Origin: Octopus sinensis
Lineage: Eukaryota
Direction: 5' to 3'
NCBI RefSeq assembly: GCF_006345805.1
Contig: NC_042997.1
Span: forward strand, 156,054,001-156,118,000
Length of the DNA stretch: 64,000 bases
The translations under genes were made by a program, and so were the position numbers. The first letter of the stretch is position 1. Each line of letters starts with the position of its first letter. Positions 36,206 to 48,354 of the stretch are shown here, one piece after another. The notes under the pieces were generated by a model. That model saw only the letters and a program-made list of their open reading frames with translations, was not told the DNA's origin and did not search any database.

Positions 36206-36736
36206 GTGGAGAATCAGGGTTATTCCTATAGTTATAGTGACGTAGTGGAAAATAGAGTAGTAAGCGGCTGCAGGTCTCGGAACGAATATAGTGACAGGAA
36301 CGCAGTTCTAATTTCAGAAACCAATCCTAGCAGAGTAAGATTCACGTCGGCGAACTCCAAGATCAAAAACGCCGCCGTCTACCAATGCAAGGTTTACACG
36401 GACTCAGATGCCTTCACTTATATAGGGGCATCGTCCTCAAGATTGTCTTTGCGTGTCTCCAACCATTACGCAACTTTTCGGGACGTGAACAAGCGCCAGA
36501 CCACGGGACTCAGTAAGCTAATATGGCGACTGAAGGATGCGAACTTAAGCTATAGGCTGGAATGGTCAATTTTGTCGGTGGCCCTCCCATTTGATAGGGG
36601 CAGAAGACAGTGCAACCTTTGTGTCTCCGAACTCTTCCATATTTTGTTTGCCAGAGGCCGGATGGTAAACGGGCTCTTACAGTCGGCTTTTCGATGCCCC
36701 CATTGGCGGCGTTACACTTATCTGGCCTTTAAATAG
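36206..36736 (+). CDS. PLE GIY-YIG endonuclease (Naiad-type motif layout)
   Basis: AVYQCKV..YIG..RVSNH..F..TGLSKLIWRLK..LEWSIL..CNLC..E..CPH. Confidence 0.88.
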   Translation: MENQGYSYSYSDVVENRVVSGCRSRNEYSDRNAVLISETNPSRVRFTSANSKIKNAAVYQCKVYTDSDAFTYIGASSSRLSLRVSNHYATFRDVNKRQTTGLSKLIWRLKDANLSYRLEWSILSVALPFDRGRRQCNLCVSELFHILFARGRMVNGLLQSAFRCPHWRRYTYLAFK

Positions 36737-37354
36737 CGTTTATAAATAAGACCGGCACCCATAGCCCTTGGTAACAAATTCTGAAATAGATTTTAAGATA
36801 TCTACAATTAACCACTGCAAGGGAAATTACTCCTGTAAGACAAACGGGGCTTGTTTTTTCACAGCGGGGGGTTTCCTTGTCAGGTAGGCTTAGATGAACA
36901 CACACACACACACATAAAACATAAAATATATATATAAATTCTTTATTTTTTTTCTTTCTGCTGCCACCCAACGGTTATCACGGCAGTAGCCACTGACAGC
37001 CGAACGATCAAACGCACACACGTACACAAAAAATGTTTTATCTACCTACCCTACGCCAACACACACATATATAGAACAGTATACACACACACACGTCTCT
37101 AAGTAGATTTTTTCTCGCCCCTTATAAAACATCCAATATTCTTTAAATAGTCAGAACTTTATTCTCGGTCACAAAGAACATCTATACACCCTAACCCACA
37201 TGTTTGACCGATGCCTGACCTGTTGAATTCTTCAGCCACCGGTCTCAACATACACTGATAAACAGTTTCGCCATGGGCTCTTAGGAGCACAGTTCGATTT
37301 GTTTTTTGCTCTGCCTCTGTTCTGTTTTTGTTTTTCCAACGGATTTCCTTTTTC

Positions 37355-37441
37355 TTCTTCCTGAAGAGAAAGACACAATATGGTCCCATTATTCAATCGG
37401 ATTTTGGTAATTTGTGCCTTTCGAAACACGTGTAGAATGAA
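37355..37441 (+). ncRNA. Type I hammerhead ribozyme motif
   Basis: CTGAAGA 37361-67; stem II GAAAGACACAA/TTGTGCCTTTC; GAAAC-ACGT-GTA 37423-34; stem I TTCTTC/GAA(T)GAA. Confidence 0.8.
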
Positions 37442-37662
37442 ATAAAACGATTTCTGTTCAATCTGCGTTCAGCTCCATTTCTTCAATTCACCAATAATGT
37501 TTTAATTTCAATATCCGCACCAACGCACGGTTGCAACGCCAGATGGTTGTACCTCCACCGTGCTGTTCACTGCTGTGATTTTGCTACTAAGGTATCGGTT
37601 AAACTTTTGATTAATCTACTACAAGATTATTCATCTTTCTATTTCACATAATATATATATAT

Positions 37663-37720
<58 letters not shown>

Positions 37721-38462
37721 ATATGTGTACGTCTCAAAACATATTGTATGTGTATACATGGATATGTACATACATGCATACTCGCTCTCTCTCTCTCTCT
37801 CTCTCTCATACACACAAGGTTCATATACATATATAATGTCATCATCATTTAATGCTTGTTTTCCATGCTGGCATGGGTTGGACGGTTTGACAGGAGCTGG
37901 CAAACCAGAGGACTGCACCAAACTCCACTGTCTATTGTGGCATGGTTTTATGGCTGGATGCCCTTTCTAACACCAACCACTTTACGGAGAAAGCTATATA
38001 TTCTTTTATTCTTTTACTTACTTCAGTCACTTGACTGCAGCCATGCTGGAGCACCGCCTTTAGTCAAACAAATCAACCCCAGGACTTGTTCTTTGTAAGC
38101 CCAGTACTTATTCTATTGGTCTCTTTTGCCAAACCAGTAAGTTATGGGGATGTAAACACACCAGCATCAACTGTCAATTGATGGTAGGGGAGACAAACAC
38201 AGACACACTCACACAAATATACACACATAGATAGATATATATGTATATATATATATATAATATATATATATTATATAAAAGGGCTTAGTAAAATAAATTA
38301 CTTTGCCGCATACTGAACTCATTAGAAATAGCAGCTAAAAAAAACTTTTTTAAAACTATTTCTAATACTTAAAGAAAACCTCTCTCATATAGTGTTTGCT
38401 CAATTCAACTCACGAAAGTATGGGGGTAAAAACAGAATTAAAAAATCAAATGCAAAGGTATT

Positions 38463-38514
38463 TGAGAATGTACGTTTCAAGATTAGTCAACTCGACACTT
38501 CTATCATCAGCTCA
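38463..38514 (-). ncRNA. Mutated copy of the same HHR (GTT changed to ATT)
   Basis: Minus strand reads CTGATGA..GAAACGTACATTCTC, breaking the stem III C-G pair. Confidence 0.5.
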
Positions 38515-39261
38515 GAACTCCTGGTTTGGATTTGAAAACACTGAAAGTGGGAGCATACCTTTCGGCTTCTTATCGCTTCTGAAGATCTGCTCGAAACTAA
38601 CAGTGCCAACAAACTCAAATATGCAAGCGAAGAATTTCTGCTCTCCCCTTTCCACCAGCGTGGGTTAAAATCAGCAAACACTATGCTTTTTTCGGTAAAA
38701 TCCGAGGCATTAAATAGAGAGAGATGAATTATAATTTCAACAATTAAAATTTGATTTTTTAATCAACATTTGATTTTTTAATGTCTTTACCCCCATACTT
38801 TCGTGAGTTGAATTGAGCAAACACTATATGAGAGAGGTTTTCTTTAAGTATTAGAAATAGTTTTAAAAAAGTTTTTTTTAGCTGCTATTTCTAATGAGTT
38901 CAGTATGCGGCAAAGTAATTTATTTTACTAAGCCCTTTTATATAATGTAATAATTTGAATTCGCCTTAAATGGTCCCTTTGCATACTGAATACTTGGTGA
39001 AATTGATTAATTAATTAATTTTACCCTCAATTGTTGAAATTATAATTCATCTCTCTCTATTTAATGCCTCGGATTTTACCGAAAAAAGCATAGTGTTTGC
39101 TGATTTTAACCCACGCTGGTGGAAAGGGGAGAGCAGAAATTCTTCGCTTGCATATTTGAGTTTGTTGGCACTGTTAGTTTCGAGCAGATCTTCAGAAGCG
39201 ATAAGAAGCCGAAAGGGTATGCTCCCACTTTCAGTGTTTTCAAATCCAAACCAAGGAGTTC

Positions 39262-39314
39262 TGAGCTGATGATAGAAGTGTCGAGTTTGACTAATCTTGA
39301 AACGTACGTTCTCA
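39262..39314 (+). ncRNA. Minimal type I hammerhead ribozyme motif
   Basis: TGAG-CTGATGA (39266-72), irregular stem II AGA..GTC/GAC..TCT, GAAAC-GTAC-GTT-CTCA. Confidence 0.65.
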
Positions 39315-39596
39315 AATAACCATTGCATTTGATTTTTTAATGTCTTTACCCCCATACTTTCGTGAGTTGAATTGAGCAAACACTATATGAGAGAGGTTTT
39401 CTTTAAGTATTAGAAATAGTTTTAAAAAAGTTTTTTTTTAGCTGCTATTTCTAATGAGTTCAGTATGCGGCAAAGTAATTTATTTTACTAAGCCCTTTTA
39501 TATAATGTAATAATTTGAATTCGCCTTAAATGGTCCCTTTGCATACTGAATACTTGGTGAAATTGATTAATTAATTAATTTTACCCTCAAGTGTTG

Positions 39597-39654
<58 letters not shown>

Positions 39655-39656
<2 letters not shown>

Positions 39657-39850
39657 CAATGGGCTTCTTTCAGTTTCTATCTACCAAATCCGCTCACAAG
39701 GCTTTGGTCAACCCAAGGCTATAATAAAAGATACTTGGGCAAGGTGCCACACTGTGGGACTGAACCTAGAACCATGTAGTTAGGAAGCAAGCTTCTGACG
39801 ACACATCCATGCTGCACCTATATCGCTTCTTACCACACAGCCATACTGCG
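39655..39850 (-). mobile_element. OR-type SINE head
   Basis: Reverse complement of the OR 5' half. Confidence 0.75.
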
Positions 39851-39922
39851 CCTATACATACATGTGTGTATGTGTATGAGAAAAGAATGGAATTTACATA
39901 ATTACCTTCATTAAGTTACAGC

Positions 39923-40594
39923 TGTTGTAACTACAAGAAAGTAGGCAACCAGAGTTGAATGCCAAAGTCGCCAGAGTAACGATGTATAGCTTCACTAGAG
40001 CCTTAACATAAAGGTTTTTTTTTATTGAGCTATGTATTTAAATATGTAGTTGCACACAAGTAAACACATACAGGCTATAGTACATTTATTTAGATATGTA
40101 GTGAATCTTGCATGCATGAAGTGGATTCGATCCACCATAGCCAAATCTAAATTAACACTGCAACTGAACTTTTCCCACGATGGAACAATGGTTTTTCTCT
40201 GAGAGCAGTTTTATATCTTCCAGATGCCTTTAGCTAAGCCGAAATAATGTCTTCACCACTTGACCCTTTCTAACCTTTTCTACTTCACCAAAAGCTAGAA
40301 TAGAGATAACAAGACCACCAACTAAATCTATTGTTCTCAAGAATATATCTTTCCTTCTAGATAGTTATATAAGCAAGCACATCCCAAGCAAAAATCAGTT
40401 CATCACAGTTGTGACGACTCAACGGAGTTAGTCACCTTGGTGACAAACTCGTGAGTTGAGAGAGTACTAACATCAGTTAGTGAACTGACCACTAGAATTA
40501 TGGAAACAGGCAGACAACATGGCCAAATGGAAAAGAAAGATAACTTCCCACACTTTCTCACTCTCACTAGCTCCAATTCTGTTCTCTTACAACA
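39923..40594 (-). mobile_element. Candidate solo LTR (672 bp)
   Basis: TGTTGTAA...TTACAACA 8-bp termini; TATATAA then AATAAA in order on the minus strand; no TSD found. Confidence 0.45.
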
Positions 40595-42117
40595 TCATTC
40601 TATCTCTCTCGGTATTTACTACTAAACAATGAAGAGGACACAAACACAAACTTTACTTTGCATGCTTCTGGATTCTATCAAAACCTGCCCATCAAGGCAA
40701 GGTATTTGTAACCTAACAGTAAATAAATACTTTCTTAAAACTTTATGCATTGTTCATCTTTTACATCATACAACTTGCCATCATAACAACAACTTTTTAT
40801 CGTCACACCAGCTGACATCGTCATTTCATAATATTGTGTACCAAAACAATTTCTGCCATTACAGATATATACAATATTACCAACACACACACATACACAT
40901 ACATACATTATGATGGTAGCCTCTCATAGTTTGAGAAAGACAGTGTTCTGCAATTTCTTGCTGAGCAACCTTCACAAATGATTTGTATGCTGTACATGAG
41001 CTCACTCCCTCCATCAAATCAACATTGCCTGTACAGGCGCATGGTGTATCACACATCAGGTGTTGAATTGATTGCAGAGCAACATGAGATTAAGCATTTT
41101 GCTCAAAAGCACAATGCACTACCTGGTCTAGGAATTGAAACCATGATCTTACAATTGATAAGATGAGTAATTTATAGCACTCAATACATTTGAAAACCAG
41201 GATTATTTTATATGCATTATCTTATATGTTTAATGACAGCAATTTAAATTATATATTTAAATAGTTATTGGAATTATTTGATTTGAATGAGAAGTGTGTT
41301 CTCTCTGCTACGTACAGACTGCATATTTTCAATGCTTTCACAAATGGCATAGTATTATGAAAACTCTTCACATTATGGTTACTCAGTCTCCTAATTTGGC
41401 TTGCTAAATTTGTGGAATTTTTTTTTGTCAGCATGTCTCAGTGTATATATTATGGAATAACTTCAGTGTGCTTAGTACAGTGACCAAAAGAGGTAACCAA
41501 TTATAGAGGAACTCAATAAGTGATTAAGTGATCCAAACAAGTTTGGCCAAAAGATGATAATGATGATGATGATAAAGTAAATAAATACAAAATAAGAAAA
41601 TAGTATATGATTAAAGTATAAATGTTGAGTTGAATGATAGTTAAATAAAGAAAATAGTTGAATAAATATGAAAAAATTAGAGATGTTACATGAATAAACT
41701 ATAAGGAGTTGTAAGTAATCAAATGATATTATTGGTAGAGTCTTTGTGACTTGGATTTAAATTAGTGGATGAATTTCATTTTATCTTTGGATAGAATTAT
41801 GAGTTTATTGTAGAAGTAAGATTTACACAAGAAAATCTTTTTGTTATATTCATCTAATAGGCAATCTGCAACAAATAGAATAGCTATAATTTCTTAAAAC
41901 ATAAATTGCAAGCTCTCTTATTTTGGGTATCGGATTCGATTCTATGCCAAAAATCAATTGCATTTGAGTGTAGTTTGTAGTGTTCTTTAGCTCCTAAGTA
42001 AATGTAATTTTGAGAGTGATGTTTCCTTTTCTTTGTTTAAGTTTCTGAATGTATGAGTGTGGTTGTGAAGTATAGTTTAAAAGGTGTAGAGGTGAAACGT
42101 GTGTGTGTATGTGTGTG

Positions 42118-42151
<34 letters not shown>

Positions 42152-43224
42152 GTGTGTGTGTGTGTGTGTGTAATAATGAGATAAAAAAACAAAATTCACA
42201 ACATGTCAAAGAATCTATATATACATACACATATATTGAAAGAGGGGGTAGAGAGAGAGAGAGAGAGGTGAGGCAGGAAGGAGAGAGATACACATGCACA
42301 TGTAGACACACACACATACACACATGTGCATGTGCACACTGATATAAAGGAGTCAACCTGATTATGTGACTGGTACATTTTGTACATACATTTGTGTATG
42401 CGCACATGCATACATACCTCTCCACCACCACACATAAATATCTATGTTTACTATCAGTAGAGGATATACAATTTCTTCAGTAAATAACATATGTATTTAA
42501 TAATTTCACATAGGAAATAATGTGACTCTGCAAATATTTCTTGGCTGCTCTCTTTTCATACCAGAATGAAATGTCAAGTTAACAATTATTCAAAACTCCT
42601 GGCATGCTCAAATGAATGTTCAACTTTTATTTCCTCTATACTGCTGCCAACTGATGAAAAAAAAAATACTTTGTTTCATATAAGCCTGATAAAATCTGCT
42701 TATATTAATGTTGAGTTAATTGTGAAACAATTTTTATTTTAGACTTTGATGTGAGATAACATTCCGGGAGTGTGGAAATATGAAATTATTCTACCTGTGT
42801 ATCAGCAAACAGTTCTTTATTGCATATTATTTTCATTTTAACCAGCACCCCCTTCCTCCCTCTCTCTCTGAAAATTTAAAAAAATAAAATAAAAACTATT
42901 ATCTTCAGGAAAAAAAGAGATTCTTTAAAAAGAACTCTTTGAAATTGTGTTTCAAAAAGAACTGCAATATTCATTTTAAAGATACAAAGTGATACTGAAA
43001 AGATGGCCATATCCTGTTCAGACATCTCATTACATAGCTAAAAATCATCTAACAATTGGATATTTTTTCTTCTTACAAATAAAACTGCCATTATTTTTTC
43101 AGTCTTTAGTTCAGTTTTGGGTTGTGTCCTCCACATTACCTTATTTACAACAACTGATGCTGTTTATTCTTCTGAGTTTACTAACCATTCCACTATTATT
43201 ATGTTTCTACTATTATAACTGTTT

Positions 43225-43500
43225 GTGAAGGCATGTTGCTTGGTTGTTAGGGTGTCACACTCATGATTGCAAGATTGTGGTTTTGGTTCCCAGAAAAGGT
43301 GAAGCATTGTGTTCTTGAGCAAAAGAACCCCCCCCCCCCCAAAAAAACCCCATTTTATTTCATGTTGCTCCAGTCCACTCAACTGTAGACAAGTAACCCT
43401 GCAATGGACTGGCACCCTATCCAGGGGGAATGTTGTGATCTCGGTCACTTAGACAACATGGAAACCAGATAACTGGCCCTATCAGTCCTAGGACTTGAGA
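43225..43500 (+). mobile_element. Old tRNA SINE with V-domain-like core
   Basis: Degenerate A/B boxes, then CCCTGCAATGGACTGGCACCCTATCCAGGGG. Confidence 0.6.
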
Positions 43501-44399
43501 TAGATCTTACTTAGTTTGCAGTCCTTTTTGCTTCATTTGTGTTATAATCCTGATGAACTCAAACAGGTTATGAGTTTTAACTTACCACTATCACAATCAT
43601 CAGTGTTGGTTATAACATCATCATCATTTATTGTCTGTTTTCTATGTTGGTATGGATTTATGTAGATTATCACAGTATGATTCAGTTCCCATTCAGAAAA
43701 ACAGCCCTTCAAGATGGTTTGAAGAACATCTCATTCATGTGCTACTTTTGGCTTGGACTTTTTTTATGACTGGAAGTCCTTCCTAACAATAACAATTTTA
43801 CAGAGTGTATTGGATGTATTTATCATGGCACCAGCACAAGAGAAGTTGTCATGTCCTTAACAAAACTAGAGTATCCTCTCCACTCCAAGTGGACAACCAC
43901 TTGTTGTTAACCTCTTTAGACAATGCACCGAGTGCACTACCATTAGTGGTGTAACCAGTAAGATCAAAGAGTTCTCACCACTTTATCAATTAATTTACAA
44001 ACCAAGATTTTTATTCATAACTGCTGATTTTTCTGTTTAATGATTTTCATCACAACTTATTTGAGACTTCTTTTGTTTCTATGATACCTAACACCCAGTT
44101 TTAATATGTTTGTATATAAATTTAAATCTTCCCTCATAGATTTAAGTAAGGTCCTTTATTTAAGTTATGTTCCAAACTCCAGTCTAGAACATATTGCTGA
44201 AAGAAAATGAACTACTTTGCTAAATTTTTCCAAAATTTGTTCAAACATATAAGGAAGCATGTTTTTGTTAAAAGTATTGAAACAAAAATAAAATGGAATT
44301 AAAATAAAATATGATTTATTTTCTTTGTAGCCTTTATTCTCTGACTAAGATGAAAATGATACATGACTATACAAATGGGATTTATTTAACAATTTTTTA

Positions 44400-44476
<77 letters not shown>

Positions 44477-45080
44477 TTAATAATAATAATAATAATAAAT
44501 GCCCTGATGCAGTACCAGGCAGTGGCTCTCATGGCTTCTGATCTTAACTGATTGGAAGTGTTATCATGTACATTGTTTTGTCTTGGTATAAAAGATGGGC
44601 TACAGCAAATATTCTGCTCAATACCACAGATTTGCTTGTCAGTTGTTTGACCTTAACCAGTTGAGCATGTCCCTTAGTGGCTGATGATATGTGCATCTCT
44701 GATCACAAGCAGAAGTAGTGGGGGAGCATCATAGCCATGTGTTGAGAGGGATTCTTTGGGGTTTGAATAACTCACCTCTGGAAACATGGGTGGTTCTTTC
44801 AACATCCTTAAACAACCCTTACTCAGGGACCTTTTGAGCAGGATGGGTTACTCGACCTGAAGAAAATTCTAACTGGGCCCCACCTGCAAGGTCATGCGCT
44901 GTTTATCTTGATATGAGATCACCATGTCGCACACATATGGTTGTGATGCATGTGCCTAGTGTACCCTTATCAGACGGGTAGTCATGATGGGTATATTGGG
45001 CTTCGTATATTTTACCCCAATGTCACTTTGATGGCATGAACTGCTCTCTCACTCAATAATAATAATAATAATAATAAAAA
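44400..45080 (+). repeat. (AAT)n-flanked ~560-bp interspersed repeat, probably a LINE 3' end
   Basis: Non-simple body 44498-45056 between two (AAT)n runs; family assignment from recall only. Confidence 0.55.
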
Positions 45081-46037
45081 TGAAATAACAAGGGTCCTCT
45101 GAGTGGTTATTGTTATTTAAACATGGCTCAGTTTTGATTAAAGGCATTCTAGGTTTGACTACCCTTTCTCAATTTTTTTTAGTTATTCATAGTCAGTAGA
45201 GTATAATTTAGGAGAGATTTGGCTGCTGTATCTATCATATCAAGCAACTTCATAGAAACTGCCTCACTGGCTTGTCCCAAGCTGGTTGCTTGGATTATTG
45301 TTAAGAGTAGTTGAATCTTCAGATCATATTCTACAGTTTTAAAAAAATGGAAAGTCACTGGGTCACATAGTCACAACTACAGGATATAATGGAATGGTCA
45401 TGGCTGGAATGCCTTTGAACAGATGTTTGCTCAATCATAGCTGATATGGAAATAAACAACAGCAACAACAATGACAGCAATAACAACAACAACACAAGCA
45501 AATAATGAGATCACATGGTGAGCAAGACTGACAATTGCATTTAAAACAGTTTAAAGAGTTGTCAAAATAATCTACTGGGGCAAAGATGACCCAGATATTT
45601 GAAATTTCTTGGAACAAAATTATCTAATGGATGCTTTCTCTCTCCCCCACCTCTTTCTCTTCCTCTTTCTCTCTCCTACTTCCCACCTGGGATTCTATAT
45701 GCTTTTTAATTCTAAAAAGCATATTGTTCTGGTAATTTAAGGTGAACCAGATATTTTTTTCTTTAATGTCTGATGTGTGGCAAAAACGAAACAGTAACAA
45801 AAAAAAAAAAAATGAATAAAGTAGAAAAACTGCAAGAAACCATGGTATTTGTTTGTTTACAATGTATTTCTTTCAAAATAAAATAGAAATTTCTTTACAA
45901 GCAAATTATATGTTGACTCCTGCTTTGTGTCTGTTTAACTAATACATCATAATTTTGAGAATCATAACAACAGTATGTGTGAGTGTGTGTATGTGTTGTA
46001 TGTATGTGTTGCATGTATGTGTGCATACGTGTGTTTA

Positions 46038-46470
46038 TGTGTGTATTATCTTGTTAATCAGTTGGAAGATATCAGTACAGATCAGTGAACAGTTTGTTAG
46101 CAGAAATTATAAACAAGACCATCAGCTCTTGTTAGCTTCATTGGTGACCTCCTTCACAAGGCTCAATGTTTTGAGATCAGGCTTCAATATTTCCTCCCAT
46201 GTTTTCCTTGGTCTCCCTCTTCCACAACTTTCCTAAAGTTGTTATCTTTACAAGTTCTCGTGAATATGCTCATCATTGTTGTGCTTCATCAGAAGTGAAC
46301 AGCTTCTCCTTTATGATGAACATGTGTTCATAATACAATAGATCCATTAATACAAGAGATTCTAGTATACCATTGTTTTGCCATGATGGTCTTGCTTATA
46401 ATTTCAGCTAACAAACTGTTCACTGATCTGTACTGATATCTTCTAACTGATTAACAAGATAATACACACA
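46038..46470. mobile_element. Element with 87-bp terminal inverted repeats (46038-46124 and 46384-46470)
   Basis: Arms differ at about 3 positions; spacer contains an antisense RTE 3' fragment and a CTGATGA on the minus strand. Confidence 0.8.
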
Positions 46471-47379
46471 CATACAAGGTACCATGTAAAAAGCATTGGC
46501 GTTGGTGCTGGTACCATGTAAAAGGTACTGGTGATGGTGCCATGTAAAAAGCATCCAGTACACTCTGTAAAGTGATTGGTGTCAGGAAGGGCATCTGGCT
46601 GTAGAAACCAAGCCAAAACTCACTATGGAACTGGCGTGGCTCCTGTCAAACCATCCAACCTCTGCCAGATGGAAAACAAGCATTGAAATGATGATAAAGA
46701 TGAATTGCATTAAATTTATTTTATGACAACTGATAAAGATAACTGCTTATTTGAATAGACCTCATTCTATATAAGACTTGTATAAAATGTATAATTAATG
46801 TTGCTTTAGAATATAACTGATAATCAACTGCAAAATGTATTTTTAGAACTTTTAAAATTACATCACAGTTAAAATACATAGCGATGGTCGATATATTGAA
46901 AATTTACAATTTCAGGAATATATTTATTTAAAAAGTGTCATAAGTTCCTTCACTTATCCTGTTCATTGATTAATTCTACCATGCACAGAATTAAAGTCAT
47001 ACAAATTTATAACTGCGCAAGGATTATATATTGACCCTAGTAATAAGATATCAACAACACAGTAGCTTGTTTCTCCTTAGCAACTCTGGGCTGCATTAAA
47101 AATATATTGAAATTATTTTAGTTTTTAGTATGCAGAAGGGAAATATTAGCTGTTTTAAAGATTGTTCCAAACAGTTGCAAGAAATTGGGAGTGTGAGGGC
47201 AAGAGCTAGTTGATGATCAGATATCATAATTAGATGTGTATGTGTGTGTGTGTATTGAGAAACTAAAAAGAGGAAGAACAAGTGTGTTGTAGGATGACTA
47301 GCTGTTTGAGAGAGGAAGTGAAAAACATAAAAAAAAAGGAAGCAGAATCAAAGAGGTGACAGTGGAATATAGACAGCTC

Positions 47380-47975
47380 AAATGTAGCCCAAATACCCTT
47401 ATATATATAGGGTGACCCCCTTTGGTCATGAATGACCATGGAATTGCACCTAGAAAGTTACCCTCTGGGCAAGGTTGTTTATGGAAGAGCAGCAGTCGCC
47501 AATGCATACCAGCCTCCCCTCTCCATGCCACCAATGTTATCCAAGGGAAAGGCAAACGCCAATACAGCTTGGCATCAGTGACATCACAACTCATTTCTAC
47601 AGCTGAGTGAACTGGTGTAACGTGAAATAAAGTGTCTTACTCAAGGAATTACAACCGTGTTTCGTGGTCTGCTACCACAACAGCTCCTTTATAGGATCCA
47701 GTTAGCTCAAGACATCATCAGGAGGAACCATGTCCGGTTTTGGCCCCTACTCCTTTACCGTTTTGACTGGCGAGGCCCCCTCTTTCGGAGGTAACTTCAG
47801 CTCTGGTGTTGGGTGCATGTCTTCTTTCTTCTTCTTTCTTCTGTTCCCTGGCCTCTTTGATGTATCGTCAGTGAGTATCAGCCGGTGACTGACTGATTTG
47901 TTAAATTTTGGTCCAGGAATCGAACTCACAACCTCATGCTCATAAGCTCGATGCTCTAACCACTGAGCCATGCAC
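47380..47975 (-). mobile_element. tRNA SINE interrupted by a ~257-bp insert (47654-47910)
   Basis: Head GGCTCAGTGGTTAGAG..GTTCGATTCCTGGAC, body resumes at CTTGAGTAAGACAC. Confidence 0.65.
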
Positions 47976-47978
47976 CTT

Positions 47979-48013
<35 letters not shown>

Positions 48014-48049
48014 CTATAAACAATAACACAGATGAGTTGAGGTTCCCTA

Positions 48050-48354
48050 CAGCTGCTTCGAATGTATTCTTCATTGATAAACAAAAACGTTACATCATGC
48101 AAAAACAAAGTTTTCATCAGGTGAATTAAGAGTCAAATTTATCACTTCGGATTCTTCCCAAAATTAGAACACAATGCAAGTTAACCACCTCACCCCCATC
48201 TAGGTTACAGCTGAGAGAGTACATTATGTTCTATTTTTGTGAAGACTCCTAAGTGTTAAATTTTACACTTAATTCACCTGCAGAAAGCAGTTCTTTTTTT
48301 TTTGCATGATGTAACATTTTTGTTCATCAATAAAGAAGACATCTGAAATAGCTG
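48050..48354. mobile_element. Old Tc1/mariner-type MITE, ~100-bp imperfect TIRs, TA TSD
   Basis: TA|CAGCTG...TAGCTG|TA; arms about 80% complementary by eye. Confidence 0.7.

Larger units (their letters stand above)
34898..37650 (+). mobile_element. 5'-truncated Penelope-like element (Naiad-like) with inverted pLTRs
   Basis: ~345-bp inverted repeats 34898-35241 and 37157-37501; RT thumb and GIY-YIG coding region between; (TA)n on both flanks. Confidence 0.88.
38270..39602 (+). mobile_element. Non-coding HHR element: ~560-bp monomer in tandem plus an inverted arm (retrozyme/pLTR-like)
   Basis: Inverted arm 38270-38745; partial unit 38767-39030; full unit 39031-39590; restart GTGTTGAAATTA then (TA)n. 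Confidence 0.85.

Noticed and set aside
35242-37156. Selenocysteine recoding or SECIS as described for some Naiad PLEs
   Set aside because: No in-frame TGA at a conserved Cys position in the motif-bearing frames; no SECIS recognised by eye (needs SECISearch)
38577-38605. Second hammerhead CTGAAGATCTGCTCGAAAC on the opposite strand of the 560-bp monomer
   Set aside because: Stem II cannot pair and no NUH site follows; at most a deleted relic
38396-39379. ORFs within the 560-bp unit as proteins
   Set aside because: Frames differ between the near-identical copies and no domain motifs are present
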